A stretch of DNA of 64,000 nt from Minisyncoccota bacterium (GTDB lineage Bacteria > Patescibacteriota > Minisyncoccia > Phycocordibacterales > UBA5272). The notes below the pieces were generated by a model. That model was given only the letters and a program-made list of their open reading frames with translations, ran no database searches and was not told where the DNA came from. How positions within the stretch are numbered: position 1 is the first letter of the stretch; every line of letters begins with the position of its first letter. The DNA is taken from assembly GCA_041651055.1 (NCBI GenBank), contig JBAZJW010000001.1, positions 306,661-370,660 on the forward strand, written 5' to 3'. The position numbers and the translations under genes were made by a program. Shown in pieces: positions 12,001-18,777 of the stretch.

Positions 12001-12432
12001 TGAGATAACGAGCTTATTTTCTGAAATAGGAGAAAGGGTTATTGAGTTGAGTGCTTTCGTATAAGTCACCTCCATAGCCAAAACAATGTTTTGTAGAGAA
12101 GATGGTGTAAATGAAAGATTCGGTACGTTTATTTTTTGAATAGCCAGAGGTTCGCTGTAGGCAATCTTTGGGATCGTTGCGAGAGATTGTGAGGCAAGTA
12201 ATTTTGGAAGTGTGTGTGCAAAAGAAAATGAAGTGTGTGCAAGTTTCGAAACAGTAAACGGTCGAGAACGAAGTGTAAGGATAAGTGATGAAAGAGGTCT
12301 TGCTTGTGAAAATGTGTATTGTGTGTCCTTTGTGTCAGCTGCTTTTGCAGGAGAAAAAGAGACGAAGAAGAAAGCGAGAGAGAGTACTGCGAAGACAAGT
12401 TTTTGGAATGTGCGACTACTAAGATCTTGCAT
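1..12432 (-). CDS. Giant (>4144 aa, 3'-truncated by window edge) secreted fibre/adhesin-like repeat protein
   Basis: ATG at 12432 gives MQDLSSRTFQKLVFAVLSLAFFFVSFSPAKAADT (signal peptide). The same frame reads sensibly at 11340-11221 and at 60-1 (GYAMKMTGEGRALGRAISDF). No ORF in this frame appears in the track, consistent with no internal stop. Contains a short Gly-X-Y stretch (GPAGANGRDGRDG), T/N/S-rich repeats, ~18 (N/Y/R)(V/L)G(I/V/L)GT motifs, and GRIPVKVTTENGEVKRGDFL near the edge. Confidence 0.9.
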   Translation of the reverse strand, partial: MQDLSSRTFQKLVFAVLSLAFFFVSFSPAKAADTKDTQYTFSQARPLSSLILTLRSRPFTVSKLAHTSFSFAHTLPKLLASQSLATIPKIAYSEPLAIQKINVPNLSFTPSSLQNIVLAMEVTYTKALNSITLSPISENKLVISGATPREVGVAGTPLALPFVHTLTSYIVGTLHGEIFSKETVATYASSVNTHLPRLAQIELLPHAQNQGVVLGAFTSQTPSGLAQQKKNLPFLDQLSLSLYCKLSSLSSTLDQKRCNYTILASGLLSPSTNTTNTVAVAPAVTTPTVSTPSSSVTSATIKTTPAASPIYLTKYITEYVPVAGPAGANGRDGRDGQSASNPSLPTSFGGFITPTTVNQSSTPYFAQSLIGVSTIGYLRDTTIEYANFNYGTSSNMYLANATLNGVAFSGSNVFTGSASFSAGVSANTLTASSSTFGNSTTTNAYITNLSAASSTLTDVSATRFLVDNATATNAFIQNLVVGSYITNGSSTSNGNVTVNGGLVVYGSSTLATTTVTSFTADVATTTNLIATSATTTNLAATNASTTNASSTNFFATNSITTNATSTNGFFANLWSTLANITDLIIGNSTTTNAIVTNSTTTNAYVQNLVVGSSTSNGNVTVNGELVVVGTSTFATTTATSFTANNATSTNGFFSNLWSTLARITDLIVGNSTTTNAIITNATSTNLFASNLFGTNATTTNFFSALAAIVGLEVTNSTTTNAIVTNSTTTNAYINNLVIGGGTLNVNGQVVVVGTSTLATTTVTNLSASTASTTNLTVANGTTTNLVAVNASTTNATTTNAYIDKLVIGGGTLNVNGQVVVVGTSTFATTTATSFTATSATSTNGFFSNLWSTLARITDLIVGNSTTTNAIITNATSTNLYTNTFVGGNATTTNLFSSDIKATNGYISGGFGVGVATTAPGVIETSGNVYIGGSLNVAGSLTSSITNGQIQFLAVPFGTGINQGTVYVNPTSAGTNNVLLGLSVAGAEKARIDAEGDVQIVGTFNSTNTTGTNLFSGNLTTNGNTILGDSSADTVTINGKIASTILPSTDLGADLGSPTFRFGNIYAATTTISNLVAGGTASSTFIINTGNFTNDTQDSTLEFSRGIATPNAVLKWNSTLSQFEFNNFKVNFANSINVAGTATSSIAGMLTLTGTPLGTGLGQGSLYINPGSGSTNSTLLGVGVNGVERFRVDAEGDTTIQASLGIQNAIFNINTDTLVVDDKLQLNGNAIKDSTGTTRLTFGATNTFVGAVDLGSGALTTGLINGQTISSAANFTGTLGVTGQTTLSTASSSALTANTLYAIAANLTNASTTGLTATSLYTTNLLATYSTSTNISSTNGSITSLITTSASTTNLSATGATFTNTNTTGTATITNASTTNLSATGFTSASSTLVNATSSNFFATILNAITATFNSFTAGNITATSSLASNGTLNVTGQTTLGNASTTNLSATGATLTSLFSTNATLTNATTTLLAVTGTSTLATTTISNLTVTGQTTLGNASTTNISATGAVFGNTNTTGTATILNASTTNLSASGLFATNAFLSALTVTNASTTNISGSGLNFTNGFFGGLTATNVTFTNASTTNLSATGATLASLFSTNATITNASTTNLSATGATLTNAFVGGLTTTNASTTNVTTSGDSYFSALTSGSIPFISTGGKLSQNNANFFWDNTNTRLGIGTATPASIVDIYGTDALRLPVGTTVQRPSLAGTGQVRYNVTTHQFEGYGDNAVWQGLGGVINPAQTTYITAGVDDYLRFVTSSVERMTIASNGNVGVGTTSPIAMLSVMASSTSLASPFISFNSTTSPIFNVLANGDTIFGKNVSQSTASPLNVSFGGTYGNSTPGSPANLKWTMYNDGNPVNNYGIGMSASLMELRAGASASIGFFPNNGVEAMRIISNGNVGIGTTNPVNGKLEVTGDGSGINSTIRVNSTSNSNSATVGAYSGSVGGFFRAYGSSFGVASLASKAAFGPDGANGIVVFSNAASASNSTGSISLRGGGYDTAAEKLYIDKDGSYFTGNVGIGTTNPGVKLDVAGTGSVTGSSAQLRAISYSSTYSNWQGAGGITLGKSHSDVSGTLATTLNGEGLGQIGFSGVNTAGALYNQAVIDVVQNGNAIAGNGGPARMDFYTGSATGLINTMSINSGNVGIGTTTPAAMFAVNGNSYFAGNVTATGTLNVTGQTTLANASTTNLSATGATLASLFSTNATITNASTTNLSATGATLTNLYSTSATVGTLSATSATLTNASTTGLTATNLYATLFNTTGTTTLATAGGNVGVGTSTPSALFDVNSGGSSMFKVSSAGIATFSGAPSNHFLTINGNSIKDYYQTTGDLRGTMSFGGGSGTDISIAPNSTSGVVQINNGGSSILSGGPSAGSTAGTFTIRPTSIGEYGTYSAAGRDMLLIGGASSDAGATARNGGNIYLDGGAPVNAGIAGNVLLATTRGNVGIGTSSPTTKFAVNGDSYFAGNVTATGTFNIAGQTTLSNASSTGFTATNLYATLFNTTGTTTLATAGGNVGIGTSTPSSKLHVVGDTKLDGNLNIGANSILGNSVSLLFGYAGTLGFSAGGANPFMWLNTATVKGFAGSSISAGYDNPALLVTGYTNKSNGHVLVKGGDNLARSGSAYNGGNVILEPGLPDTTFLGTTGNTMINKADGTEAMRINGTSGYVGIGTTTPAAMFAVNGNSYFAGNVTATGTLNISGQTTLGNASTTNLSATGATLASLFSTNATITNASTTNLSSTGFTGTNGIFTGTFNVNGQSTLATASSTGLTVTGGTYLATAGGRVGIGTTAPGADLQITSSAPSLVLKGLGNNDIASIGITSSNGFSGGAFNEGFKFYYDAPNGTTFFDNYWSGGDMVFRSQVGYTARESMRVTSTGNLGVGTSTPYARLGVKGAGTGTGIAFQTTGSTNIPGLTVLDNGYVGIGTTSPASSLSINGGTVTATSSLVNLVQTWNQSGSTFSGLTMNITDTASLTASNLVDLQVGGISKFSVRKDGRPTIPGALNSSTNGLLITNTDGNVINFGSGDNQIKFYKPIRAYYANAVISGNDTDGPSAKLTVRGANLGSGQDAVTSLTLHGGNASPDAVTNITGGILTLTGGNGSSGSAGLASGGNITLDGGLGYGTGISGNIILGGTRGNVGIGTTTPLSLLSVSSSTATGTSNLFSIATSTSIFNVLANGNVGIGSSTPGYALDVFGTVRAGTTTGKVLLMSDASAAAIGGAGTASIVVGNSKIRDNQYGIDIYPSTSQTGALRVTNESLMGGTGNGITFQALTGNSTGNVVLEGYNANDTGIASYHNILFGINRIEKARFDINGNLGLGTTTFTAKLAVNGDSYFAGNVTATGTVNAPSSLFTNSTSTNLNLSGWFRDSTNATGTSGQALVSTGTSTLWSTIVAGSGVTNAYASSTFMTLVTDFSTHNLTATGTLNVTGDATLALASSTALTVTGQTILASAGGYVGIGTTSPVSPLSVNGGTVTATSSLVNLAQTWNQSGSTMSGLTMNITDTASLAASNLVDLQVGGVSKFSVRKDGAMTVPTGSISSPSSLIISGGPHYITGIANAYTGFFGDDGAGVKGKLLVWKYSNISVPSNYSYSWSSGLDAVSTPDLFLSRKAAANLQLGGADAASPVAQTFSVQSVVAGTTNTAGTSTTFKASAGTGTGLGGAFIFQTAAASSTSGTFQNAFNTAMTILGNGNVGIGSSTPSFKLSVGGDIVASGSGGSLKIDISGASASGTIQPSINSLRFLNSASNAWIKTTSLSHGVAALGVLSWSPDTNPENSDTGFSRISAGVLGLGNGSQGSITGTLIAGNIGIGTTTPTTSLFVQGVGGTNPFNIASSTGSSLMMMNQLGALLFGTTTYAGQAGEVYANLFTAASSTATSTFAGNVNIGSGGLFYNASTSVTSISNLELGNLSFDTDAGIVQWTDLPILNAATGTVESYSAAIAGTSVLTVYGESNGYAAVQYPRVGINMATPLSVLDAYSATSTSNVDIFRLLSDVGGASNVKFRIDSDGDVFTDGGTTIGTPADLAENYPALEAVDAGTVVAFGTSTVAWGQISNTSTTTEMYDISGVRKALTDYEAIGVISTKAGITLGGDTRDGVPVAFSGRIPVKVTTENGEVKRGDFLTVSKTMPGYAMKMTGEGRALGRAISDF
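1860..3660 (-). repeat. Diverged internal duplication in the giant gene (approx. 1860-2045 and 3455-3640)
   Basis: Both copies encode NGGTVTATSSLVNLxQTWNQSGSTxSGLTMNITDTASLxASNLVDLQVGGxSKFSVRKDG and share ccaacctgcaaatcaactaaattaga and taatattcatcgtaagaccaga. Confidence 0.85.
9799..10560 (-). repeat. Near-identical ~180-bp duplication in the giant gene (approx. 9799-9975 and 10377-10555)
   Basis: gattcgtcgatgtcgcattcgtaatgatcgcatttgttgtcgt...gcaagtgtggaccagaggtttgagaagaagccgttggtggatgtggca occurs twice with only a few substitutions. Confidence 0.9.
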
Positions 12433-12721
12433 GTAGATTGATACTTATTAGTATAGTAAAAGTGGTGTATAAGTACAGCACAAAGTGGTACTTATCTGTG
12501 GATAAAGTACAAATTAAAATCCCTTATTCTAAAACGTTAAAATAGAAAATTTGCAGGTAAAATTTTTACTTGATAATTAAAAATTTTTAGTGAAATATAA
12601 GTCCTCTATTTCAACACACTTTTAGTAATGATAAAAGCAAAAATTAACCATTTCTTCTACACATTATGTAGGTCTTAGGGTTTTTAATTAAAAATTATCT
12701 ATAAGGGTTCTCCTTATAGAT

Positions 12722-13360
12722 TCATTCTGTTTTATCTAATAGTTTAAATGCCTTTAAATACGAGATTCTATGATACTTCGTAATTCCATGTTTACCGATT
12801 GCGTTTCTGTGATCTTTTGTTCCATAGCCAACATTTTTATCCCACGCATACTCTGAGTTACTTTTTGAAAGAGCTCTCATATACCTGTCTCTTGTTTCTT
12901 TCGCTACAATAGAAGCGAGAGCTATCTCTGTAAATCGTTCATCCCCTTTAATATAGGACTTCTGTCGGAGTGATACATTGTTCACACGTATCCCGGCATC
13001 CGTTCTGATCATACAAGACTCAATAGGAACACCTTGCCGCTTCAAATCGTTCACACACCAATCGATACATTCCTGAGTAGCTTTTGTTATTCCATAAACA
13101 TCAATATACTTTGCACTCCGTGAACAAACTGCATATTTAATATCACTATATATCTTTCTGTTTTTTCTAATAGTTAAGAATATGCTGTTACGTAAACCTT
13201 TATTAATCTTCTTAGAATCTCTAATACTGTTATAGAAAAACTCCTTCTTTGCTTTTAAAGGGGTCTTCAGATAGAGAGCAGAGACAGTTACAGGTCCAGC
13301 CAGAGGACCTCTTCCCACCTCGTCGATTCCTATTACTCCGAATTTCTTAGGTAAGATCAT
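12722..13360 (-). CDS. rnhB: Ribonuclease HII
   Basis: GIDEVGRGPLAGPV, DSKK, KGD and ALASIVAKETRD motifs. Confidence 0.95.
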   Translation of the reverse strand: MILPKKFGVIGIDEVGRGPLAGPVTVSALYLKTPLKAKKEFFYNSIRDSKKINKGLRNSIFLTIRKNRKIYSDIKYAVCSRSAKYIDVYGITKATQECIDWCVNDLKRQGVPIESCMIRTDAGIRVNNVSLRQKSYIKGDERFTEIALASIVAKETRDRYMRALSKSNSEYAWDKNVGYGTKDHRNAIGKHGITKYHRISYLKAFKLLDKTE

Positions 13361-13505
13361 TTGCGTAGTATATAAGAATTTACCTAAAACAAACCACCCC
13401 TCTTGTGAAATAAGTGAACAATTTTAATTTGAATTATTAATTTTTAATAAAAATTTCAAATTTTAAATTAAAAATTATTTTTTCACTTTGTGGTAAAATT
13501 ACCCC

Positions 13506-16500
13506 ATGTTCATCCACCTCCGTAACCATACACACTACTCCCTTCTGAAAGCCCTTCCTAAAGTCGACGCACTGGTACGTGAAGCAAAGAAGTACGGAAT
13601 GACGGCGCTCGCGATCACTGATTACAGCAACATGTACGGTACGATCGAGTTCTATTCAAAATGTAAAAAAGAAAATATAAAACCAATCATCGGAGCTGAG
13701 TTCTTACTCCGCTTTCATGAGCGAACATTTAGCATCGTTCTCATTGCACGCACACTTGCTGGTTACAAGAATCTTATGCGCATCACGTCGATTGTAAACG
13801 TGGAGAATCCTCTCGCACCAGTTCTCACCGAAGAACTTCTCGTCACCTACAGAGAAGGTCTCACTGTGCTCTCTGGTGGCGCGTGGGGCGACATCAGTAA
13901 TCTTCTCGTCATTAATAAGAAAGAAGCAGATACACGTCTCGCCTTTTACAAAGAAAATTTTGGTGAATATTTTTATCTCGAAATAAACCCACAGACCGGC
14001 ATGGAGCATGGTGCAGAAATGCGTGCGAAAACTATCGAATACGCACGAGCAACCAACACCCCTCTTGTCGCAACCTACAACACTCACTACCTTCATGATG
14101 AAGACAAGCCTGCACATAAAGTTTTGTACTTAGTGCATGGTGATGAAAACGGCGCGGAAGAATACAATCACCTCTTTCAAAGAGACTCATACGTTTTTGT
14201 AAATAATGAAGACGCAGAAAAGGATTTCAAGGACACACCAGACGCAATAGCAAACACCGTAACAATCGCAGAAGCATGCACACTTGAAATCCCTCTCGGA
14301 GCCTGGGTGTTCCCTGCTATCGAATTTAAGAAAAATTATGATGATGATGTGCGGGATCTTGCCTACGCGGGACTCGCTGTACGTAACATGGAGCTCACCG
14401 ATCACGTAAAAACACGTCTTGAATATGAATTAAAAGTTATCGCAGATAAAGGATATTCACCATACTTTCTTGTGGTGTACGACCTCCTTCGCTTCGCTCG
14501 TGAAAACGATATTCTCACAAACATCAGAGGCTCAGTGGCTGGCTCACTCGTTACGTACCTTCTTCAAATTACCAAATGTGACCCGCTCGCATACAAACTC
14601 CCCTTCGAACGCTTCCTCAATCCAGAGAGACCTTCTGCGCCGGATATCGACATGGACTATTCTGATACTCGTCGTGATGATGTAATTGATTATGCTCGTC
14701 GAAAGTATGGTCTCGATAACGTGGCTCAAATTGGAACATTCGGAACAATGATGGCACGTGGTGCAGTGCGTGATGTGGCACGCGCAATGAAATTCCCATA
14801 CATTGTAGGTGACCGTATCAGTAAAATGATTCCCCCTCCGAAGCAAGGTTTCCCTGTTACAATCGCTGGAGCAATTGAAGAAATACCAGAATTAAAAGAA
14901 CTCTATGATTCAGATCGTGAAGCGCAAATCATTCTCGACATGGCACAAAAAGTAGAAGGATGCGCACGACATATTTCTGTTCACGCGGCTGGTACAGTGA
15001 TCTCACCATCACCACTCTGGGACTTCACACCAATACAAAAAGATCCTAAAGGAGGAAAGATAATTACCCAGTACGACATGTATACCATTGAAGATGCTGG
15101 CCTTCTTAAATTCGACTTCCTCGGTATTCGAAACCTCACCATCTTGGGAGACGCTATTAAGCTTACAAAAAAACTCTATAACGTAGATGTCGACATTGAA
15201 GCTATTCCCCTTGATGACCATGAGACGTTCAGTATGCTTTCTCGTGGCGAGACAATGGGTCTCTTTCAGTTGAACGGTTCTGGTATGACACGCTTCTTGA
15301 AAGAGTTGAAGCCGAACACCATCTTTGACATCAACGCCATGGTGGCACTGTATCGTCCTGGGCCACTTGAAATGATTCCGGAATATATTAAACGTAAACA
15401 TAACCCTTCCCTTATCGAATACCTCGACCCTCGCCTCGAACCAATCCTCGATCAATCCTTCGGTGTTATCGTCTATCAAGATGACGTCATGCTCACTGCC
15501 ATTCACTTGGCAGGATACTCGTGGCTTGAAGCAGACAAGTTACGTAAAGCGATGGGTAAAAAAATCCCCGCCGAAATGCAGGCACAAAAAGAAAAGTTGC
15601 TCGCGGGATTCGTTGAACACGGCCTCTCCCCAAGAAAGTGTCAGCAACTCTGGCTCCTCATCGAACCGTTCGCCGCGTATGGATTCAACAAAGCGCATGC
15701 TGCGAGTTATGGACGTGTGGCGTATCAGACGGCATACATGAAGGCGAACTTCCCTGTCGCCTACATGACCGCTATCATGAGTAATGAAAGTGGTGACATA
15801 GAAAAAATTGCCGAAATTGTTTCTGAGTGTAAGCGTATGAAAATAAATGTACTTCCGCCGGATATCAACAAAAGTGAAGGAGGTTTTAGTGTGGTGAAAG
15901 ACGAAAACGGAAAAGAAGAAATTCGCTTCGGACTCTACACGGTGAAGAATCTTGGTGTTGATATTTCTGACGCCATCATCGCAGAACAAAAAAAGAACGG
16001 ACCATATATTTCGTTCGAAGATTTCATTCGTCGTGTCACCCATAAAAACTTAAATAAAAAATCTCTCGAAGCACTCACCATGTGCGGAGCTCTTGATAAG
16101 TTCGCAGAGCGCGGAGAACTTCTCGCAAATATGGAAAGTATTCTTGATTTTCATAAACATGTCGTAAAAGACAACATTATGCAAGATAGTTTGTTCGGCG
16201 GCATGGAGACATCAAGCTTCGTTATGAAAAAAGCAAAACCAGTATCCCAAGAACAGAAGCTTGCCTGGGAAAAAGAGCTCCTTGGACTTTTCGTTTCCGG
16301 GTTCCCTCTTGACCCGTGGAAAGAAAAAATCGAGGCTCGTGGCGTCGACATCGACAAGGTGCACCATGATACCCCTGACGGAAAAGAAGTCTCTATCGCG
16401 GTTATTATTGAGCGTATTCGCATCACTAAAACAAAAAAAGGAGACCAGATGGGGCTTCTTACTCTACGTGACTATAGAGGCGCAATCGAAGTCGCAGTGT

Positions 16501-16634
16501 TTCCAGAAACCTATAAACGCTATAAAAGCCTTATAGCGCTTGATAACCCTCTCGTTATTCGAGGAAAGGTCTCAACCAGAAATGGCGAAAAAACAATTGC
16601 CGTAGATGAGATTAAAGCACTCGTAAAAAGCTAA
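13506..16634 (+). CDS. dnaE: DNA polymerase III alpha subunit
   Basis: PHP N-terminus, RGSVAGS, FERFLNPER, PDIDMD, KFDFLG, YGFNKAH, C-terminal OB fold. Confidence 0.97.
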   Translation: MFIHLRNHTHYSLLKALPKVDALVREAKKYGMTALAITDYSNMYGTIEFYSKCKKENIKPIIGAEFLLRFHERTFSIVLIARTLAGYKNLMRITSIVNVENPLAPVLTEELLVTYREGLTVLSGGAWGDISNLLVINKKEADTRLAFYKENFGEYFYLEINPQTGMEHGAEMRAKTIEYARATNTPLVATYNTHYLHDEDKPAHKVLYLVHGDENGAEEYNHLFQRDSYVFVNNEDAEKDFKDTPDAIANTVTIAEACTLEIPLGAWVFPAIEFKKNYDDDVRDLAYAGLAVRNMELTDHVKTRLEYELKVIADKGYSPYFLVVYDLLRFARENDILTNIRGSVAGSLVTYLLQITKCDPLAYKLPFERFLNPERPSAPDIDMDYSDTRRDDVIDYARRKYGLDNVAQIGTFGTMMARGAVRDVARAMKFPYIVGDRISKMIPPPKQGFPVTIAGAIEEIPELKELYDSDREAQIILDMAQKVEGCARHISVHAAGTVISPSPLWDFTPIQKDPKGGKIITQYDMYTIEDAGLLKFDFLGIRNLTILGDAIKLTKKLYNVDVDIEAIPLDDHETFSMLSRGETMGLFQLNGSGMTRFLKELKPNTIFDINAMVALYRPGPLEMIPEYIKRKHNPSLIEYLDPRLEPILDQSFGVIVYQDDVMLTAIHLAGYSWLEADKLRKAMGKKIPAEMQAQKEKLLAGFVEHGLSPRKCQQLWLLIEPFAAYGFNKAHAASYGRVAYQTAYMKANFPVAYMTAIMSNESGDIEKIAEIVSECKRMKINVLPPDINKSEGGFSVVKDENGKEEIRFGLYTVKNLGVDISDAIIAEQKKNGPYISFEDFIRRVTHKNLNKKSLEALTMCGALDKFAERGELLANMESILDFHKHVVKDNIMQDSLFGGMETSSFVMKKAKPVSQEQKLAWEKELLGLFVSGFPLDPWKEKIEARGVDIDKVHHDTPDGKEVSIAVIIERIRITKTKKGDQMGLLTLRDYRGAIEVAVFPETYKRYKSLIALDNPLVIRGKVSTRNGEKTIAVDEIKALVKS

Positions 16635-16702
16635 AAAAGTTTGTACACACATGTTTCTCTTTGATATTTACAGCAGCATGCCCTATATGCTATAATCTAC
16701 AC

Positions 16703-16927
16703 ATGGTTCACCTGCTATCTATTGTGCAATTAATACTAGCTATTCTCCTCGTTACACTCGTTCTCATCCAGCGAGCAAACACCGACGCGTCAGGCGCTTT
16801 TGGTGCAGATGGAGGATCTGGAGCGGCGCTTGAAAAGCGCGGTGCAGAAAAATCACTTCATCGTATGACGATTTTCGTCGCGATTGCTTTTGTGCTTTCT
16901 CTTGCATATCCACTCATTGTTCGCTAG
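16703..16927 (+). CDS. secG: Preprotein translocase subunit SecG
   Basis: Two TM helices with LVLIQ...SGAFG...RGAEKSLHRMT. Start moved to ATG 16703, 6 nt after TGcTATAAT. Confidence 0.9.
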   Translation: MVHLLSIVQLILAILLVTLVLIQRANTDASGAFGADGGSGAALEKRGAEKSLHRMTIFVAIAFVLSLAYPLIVR

Positions 16928-16943
16928 TACGTATCACATATAG

Positions 16944-17026
16944 ATAGTCGAGGGTTTGTAAAGTCTACAAAGAAAGAGAGGTATTTCTCGCCTTTACTTT
17001 ATGAACTTTACAAACTTTATAGACTA
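16944..17026. repeat. Inverted pair of degenerate 9-mer arrays (TAAAGTCYA family)
   Basis: gtttgtaaagtctacaaag ... ctttatgaactttacaaactttatagacta. Confidence 0.7.
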
Positions 17027-17033
17027 ACTCTCT

Positions 17034-18749
17034 ATGGATATCTCTTCATACACATCTTCTTGGTCTAGATTTAGATCACATACATACACACTTTACAAAT
17101 CTCTTTCTCCAGAGAGGGTTCTTGTGTTGTGGAGCCTTGTAGCACTTGCTGTGCTGCTTACTTTTTCTGCACTTGTGGTTTTCAATACACGATTTCTTGT
17201 TAACACACCAAGTTATGGAGGAATAGTTCGTGAAGGTGTCATAGGAACTCCCCGCTTCATCAATCCAATACTTGCAACAAGTGATCAAGATCGAGATTTA
17301 ACATCTCTTGTCTACGCCGGCCTCACAAAACAAAACACTGCCGCACACCCAATACTTGATATGGCAGAATCAATTACAGAGAGCGATGACAGGCTTCATT
17401 ATGATGTCGTACTGTCAAAAACAGCAACCTTTCATGACGGTGTGCGTGTCACTGCTGACGACGTTATCTATACTGTATCACTATTGCAAAACCCAACAAT
17501 CAAAAGCCCTCATCGTGTAGAGTGGGAAGGTGTCTCAATAGAAAAACAAAATGACTACGCGTTTACCTTTTCTTTAAAGAAGCCATTTCCTCAATTCATG
17601 AATGTTCTTTCTATAGGAATCCTTCCGAAGCATGTGTGGAAAAATTTGACCGAGGAACAAATAAGTTTAAGTGACTATAATATCCATGCGATAGGAAGTG
17701 GTCCGTACAAAATTGATACGATCACAACAAACTCAGGCATTCCTGAAGTATTCACATTGTCGAGTTTTGCAAAGTATTCTCTCGGTCGCCCATACATAAA
17801 CACAATTACAATTACGGTGTATCAAAATGAGAAGTACCTCTTGCAAGCATTTCAAAATGGAGACATCGACAGATTCCATGGTGTAACCCCTGAAAAAATA
17901 ACTAACTTACAAATCGCAACGAGCAGCATCCACACATCGCTTCTTCCTCGTACCTTTGCTGTCTTTTTTAACCCGAACAAAGCAAGCGCACTCTCTGAGA
18001 AACAAGTGCGTACAGCTCTACAAATGGCGATCAATAAAGAAGCTATCGTAAGCACCGTGCTTCGTAACTACGGAAAAGTAATTAACGACCCCTACCCCTT
18101 TGACGAAGACACAACAACTTCGGAGTACAATATAACGAAAGCTCGTTCTCTACTAGAAAGCAGTAAGTCTCTCAAAAAAGCATCGAGTACACTTTCCATT
18201 ACTCTCGCTACAGCGAACACCGATGAGATGAAGAAGGTGGCAGAAATGATTAAAGCCGACTGGGAAGCTATCGGTGTAAATACAACGCTCGCTATTTATG
18301 AAGTATCAGATCTTAACCAAACAGTTATTAAAGATCGAGACTTTCAAGCTCTTCTCTTTGGCTCCATTACCGAAAATCCTTCTGATCTATACGCTTTCTG
18401 GCATTCCTCACAGAGGACCTACCCTGGACTCAATATTTCAAACTACGTAAGTAAAAGACTTGATGCAAACCTAGAAGTTCTCCGTGAAGATGAAGATGAG
18501 CTTGCTCGTATCAGCGCGTATGATGATGTAAAGAAAGAATTTAGAGAAGAAGTTCCTGGTATCTTTTTATTCGCACCGTCTCTTATTTATGTGGCACGAG
18601 ATAAAGTAACCACGATACTTCCACAATATAGTTTCGATAATGCCTCACGCTTCATCCTTATAGAAAGCTGGTACAGATACACCGATCGTGTGTGGCCAAA
18701 AACATATTACAAACAACTTATTCAAACAATGGAAAATCTATTACATTGA
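17034..18749 (+). CDS. Membrane-anchored peptide/nickel-type ABC substrate-binding protein (family 5)
   Basis: N-terminal TM, GTPRFINP, TFHDGVRVTADDV, IGSGPY, WHSSQ. No permease or ATPase adjacent. Confidence 0.9.
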   Translation: MDISSYTSSWSRFRSHTYTLYKSLSPERVLVLWSLVALAVLLTFSALVVFNTRFLVNTPSYGGIVREGVIGTPRFINPILATSDQDRDLTSLVYAGLTKQNTAAHPILDMAESITESDDRLHYDVVLSKTATFHDGVRVTADDVIYTVSLLQNPTIKSPHRVEWEGVSIEKQNDYAFTFSLKKPFPQFMNVLSIGILPKHVWKNLTEEQISLSDYNIHAIGSGPYKIDTITTNSGIPEVFTLSSFAKYSLGRPYINTITITVYQNEKYLLQAFQNGDIDRFHGVTPEKITNLQIATSSIHTSLLPRTFAVFFNPNKASALSEKQVRTALQMAINKEAIVSTVLRNYGKVINDPYPFDEDTTTSEYNITKARSLLESSKSLKKASSTLSITLATANTDEMKKVAEMIKADWEAIGVNTTLAIYEVSDLNQTVIKDRDFQALLFGSITENPSDLYAFWHSSQRTYPGLNISNYVSKRLDANLEVLREDEDELARISAYDDVKKEFREEVPGIFLFAPSLIYVARDKVTTILPQYSFDNASRFILIESWYRYTDRVWPKTYYKQLIQTMENLLH

Positions 18750-18777
18750 TAACCAATTACACAGTAACTAAAAAATT

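Noticed and set aside
1-12432. Prophage or diversity-generating retroelement behind the repeats
   Set aside because: No other phage genes or reverse transcriptase; differences between repeat copies are not adenine-specific.
1313-12436. Many Val/Pro/Ala-rich plus-strand ORFs and short off-frame minus ORFs
   Set aside because: Antisense or out-of-frame shadows of the giant repeat gene.
12497-12505. Perfect DnaA box (TGTGGATAA) in an AT-rich intergenic region, possible oriC
   Set aside because: Only one box, with no cluster and no dnaA/dnaN nearby.
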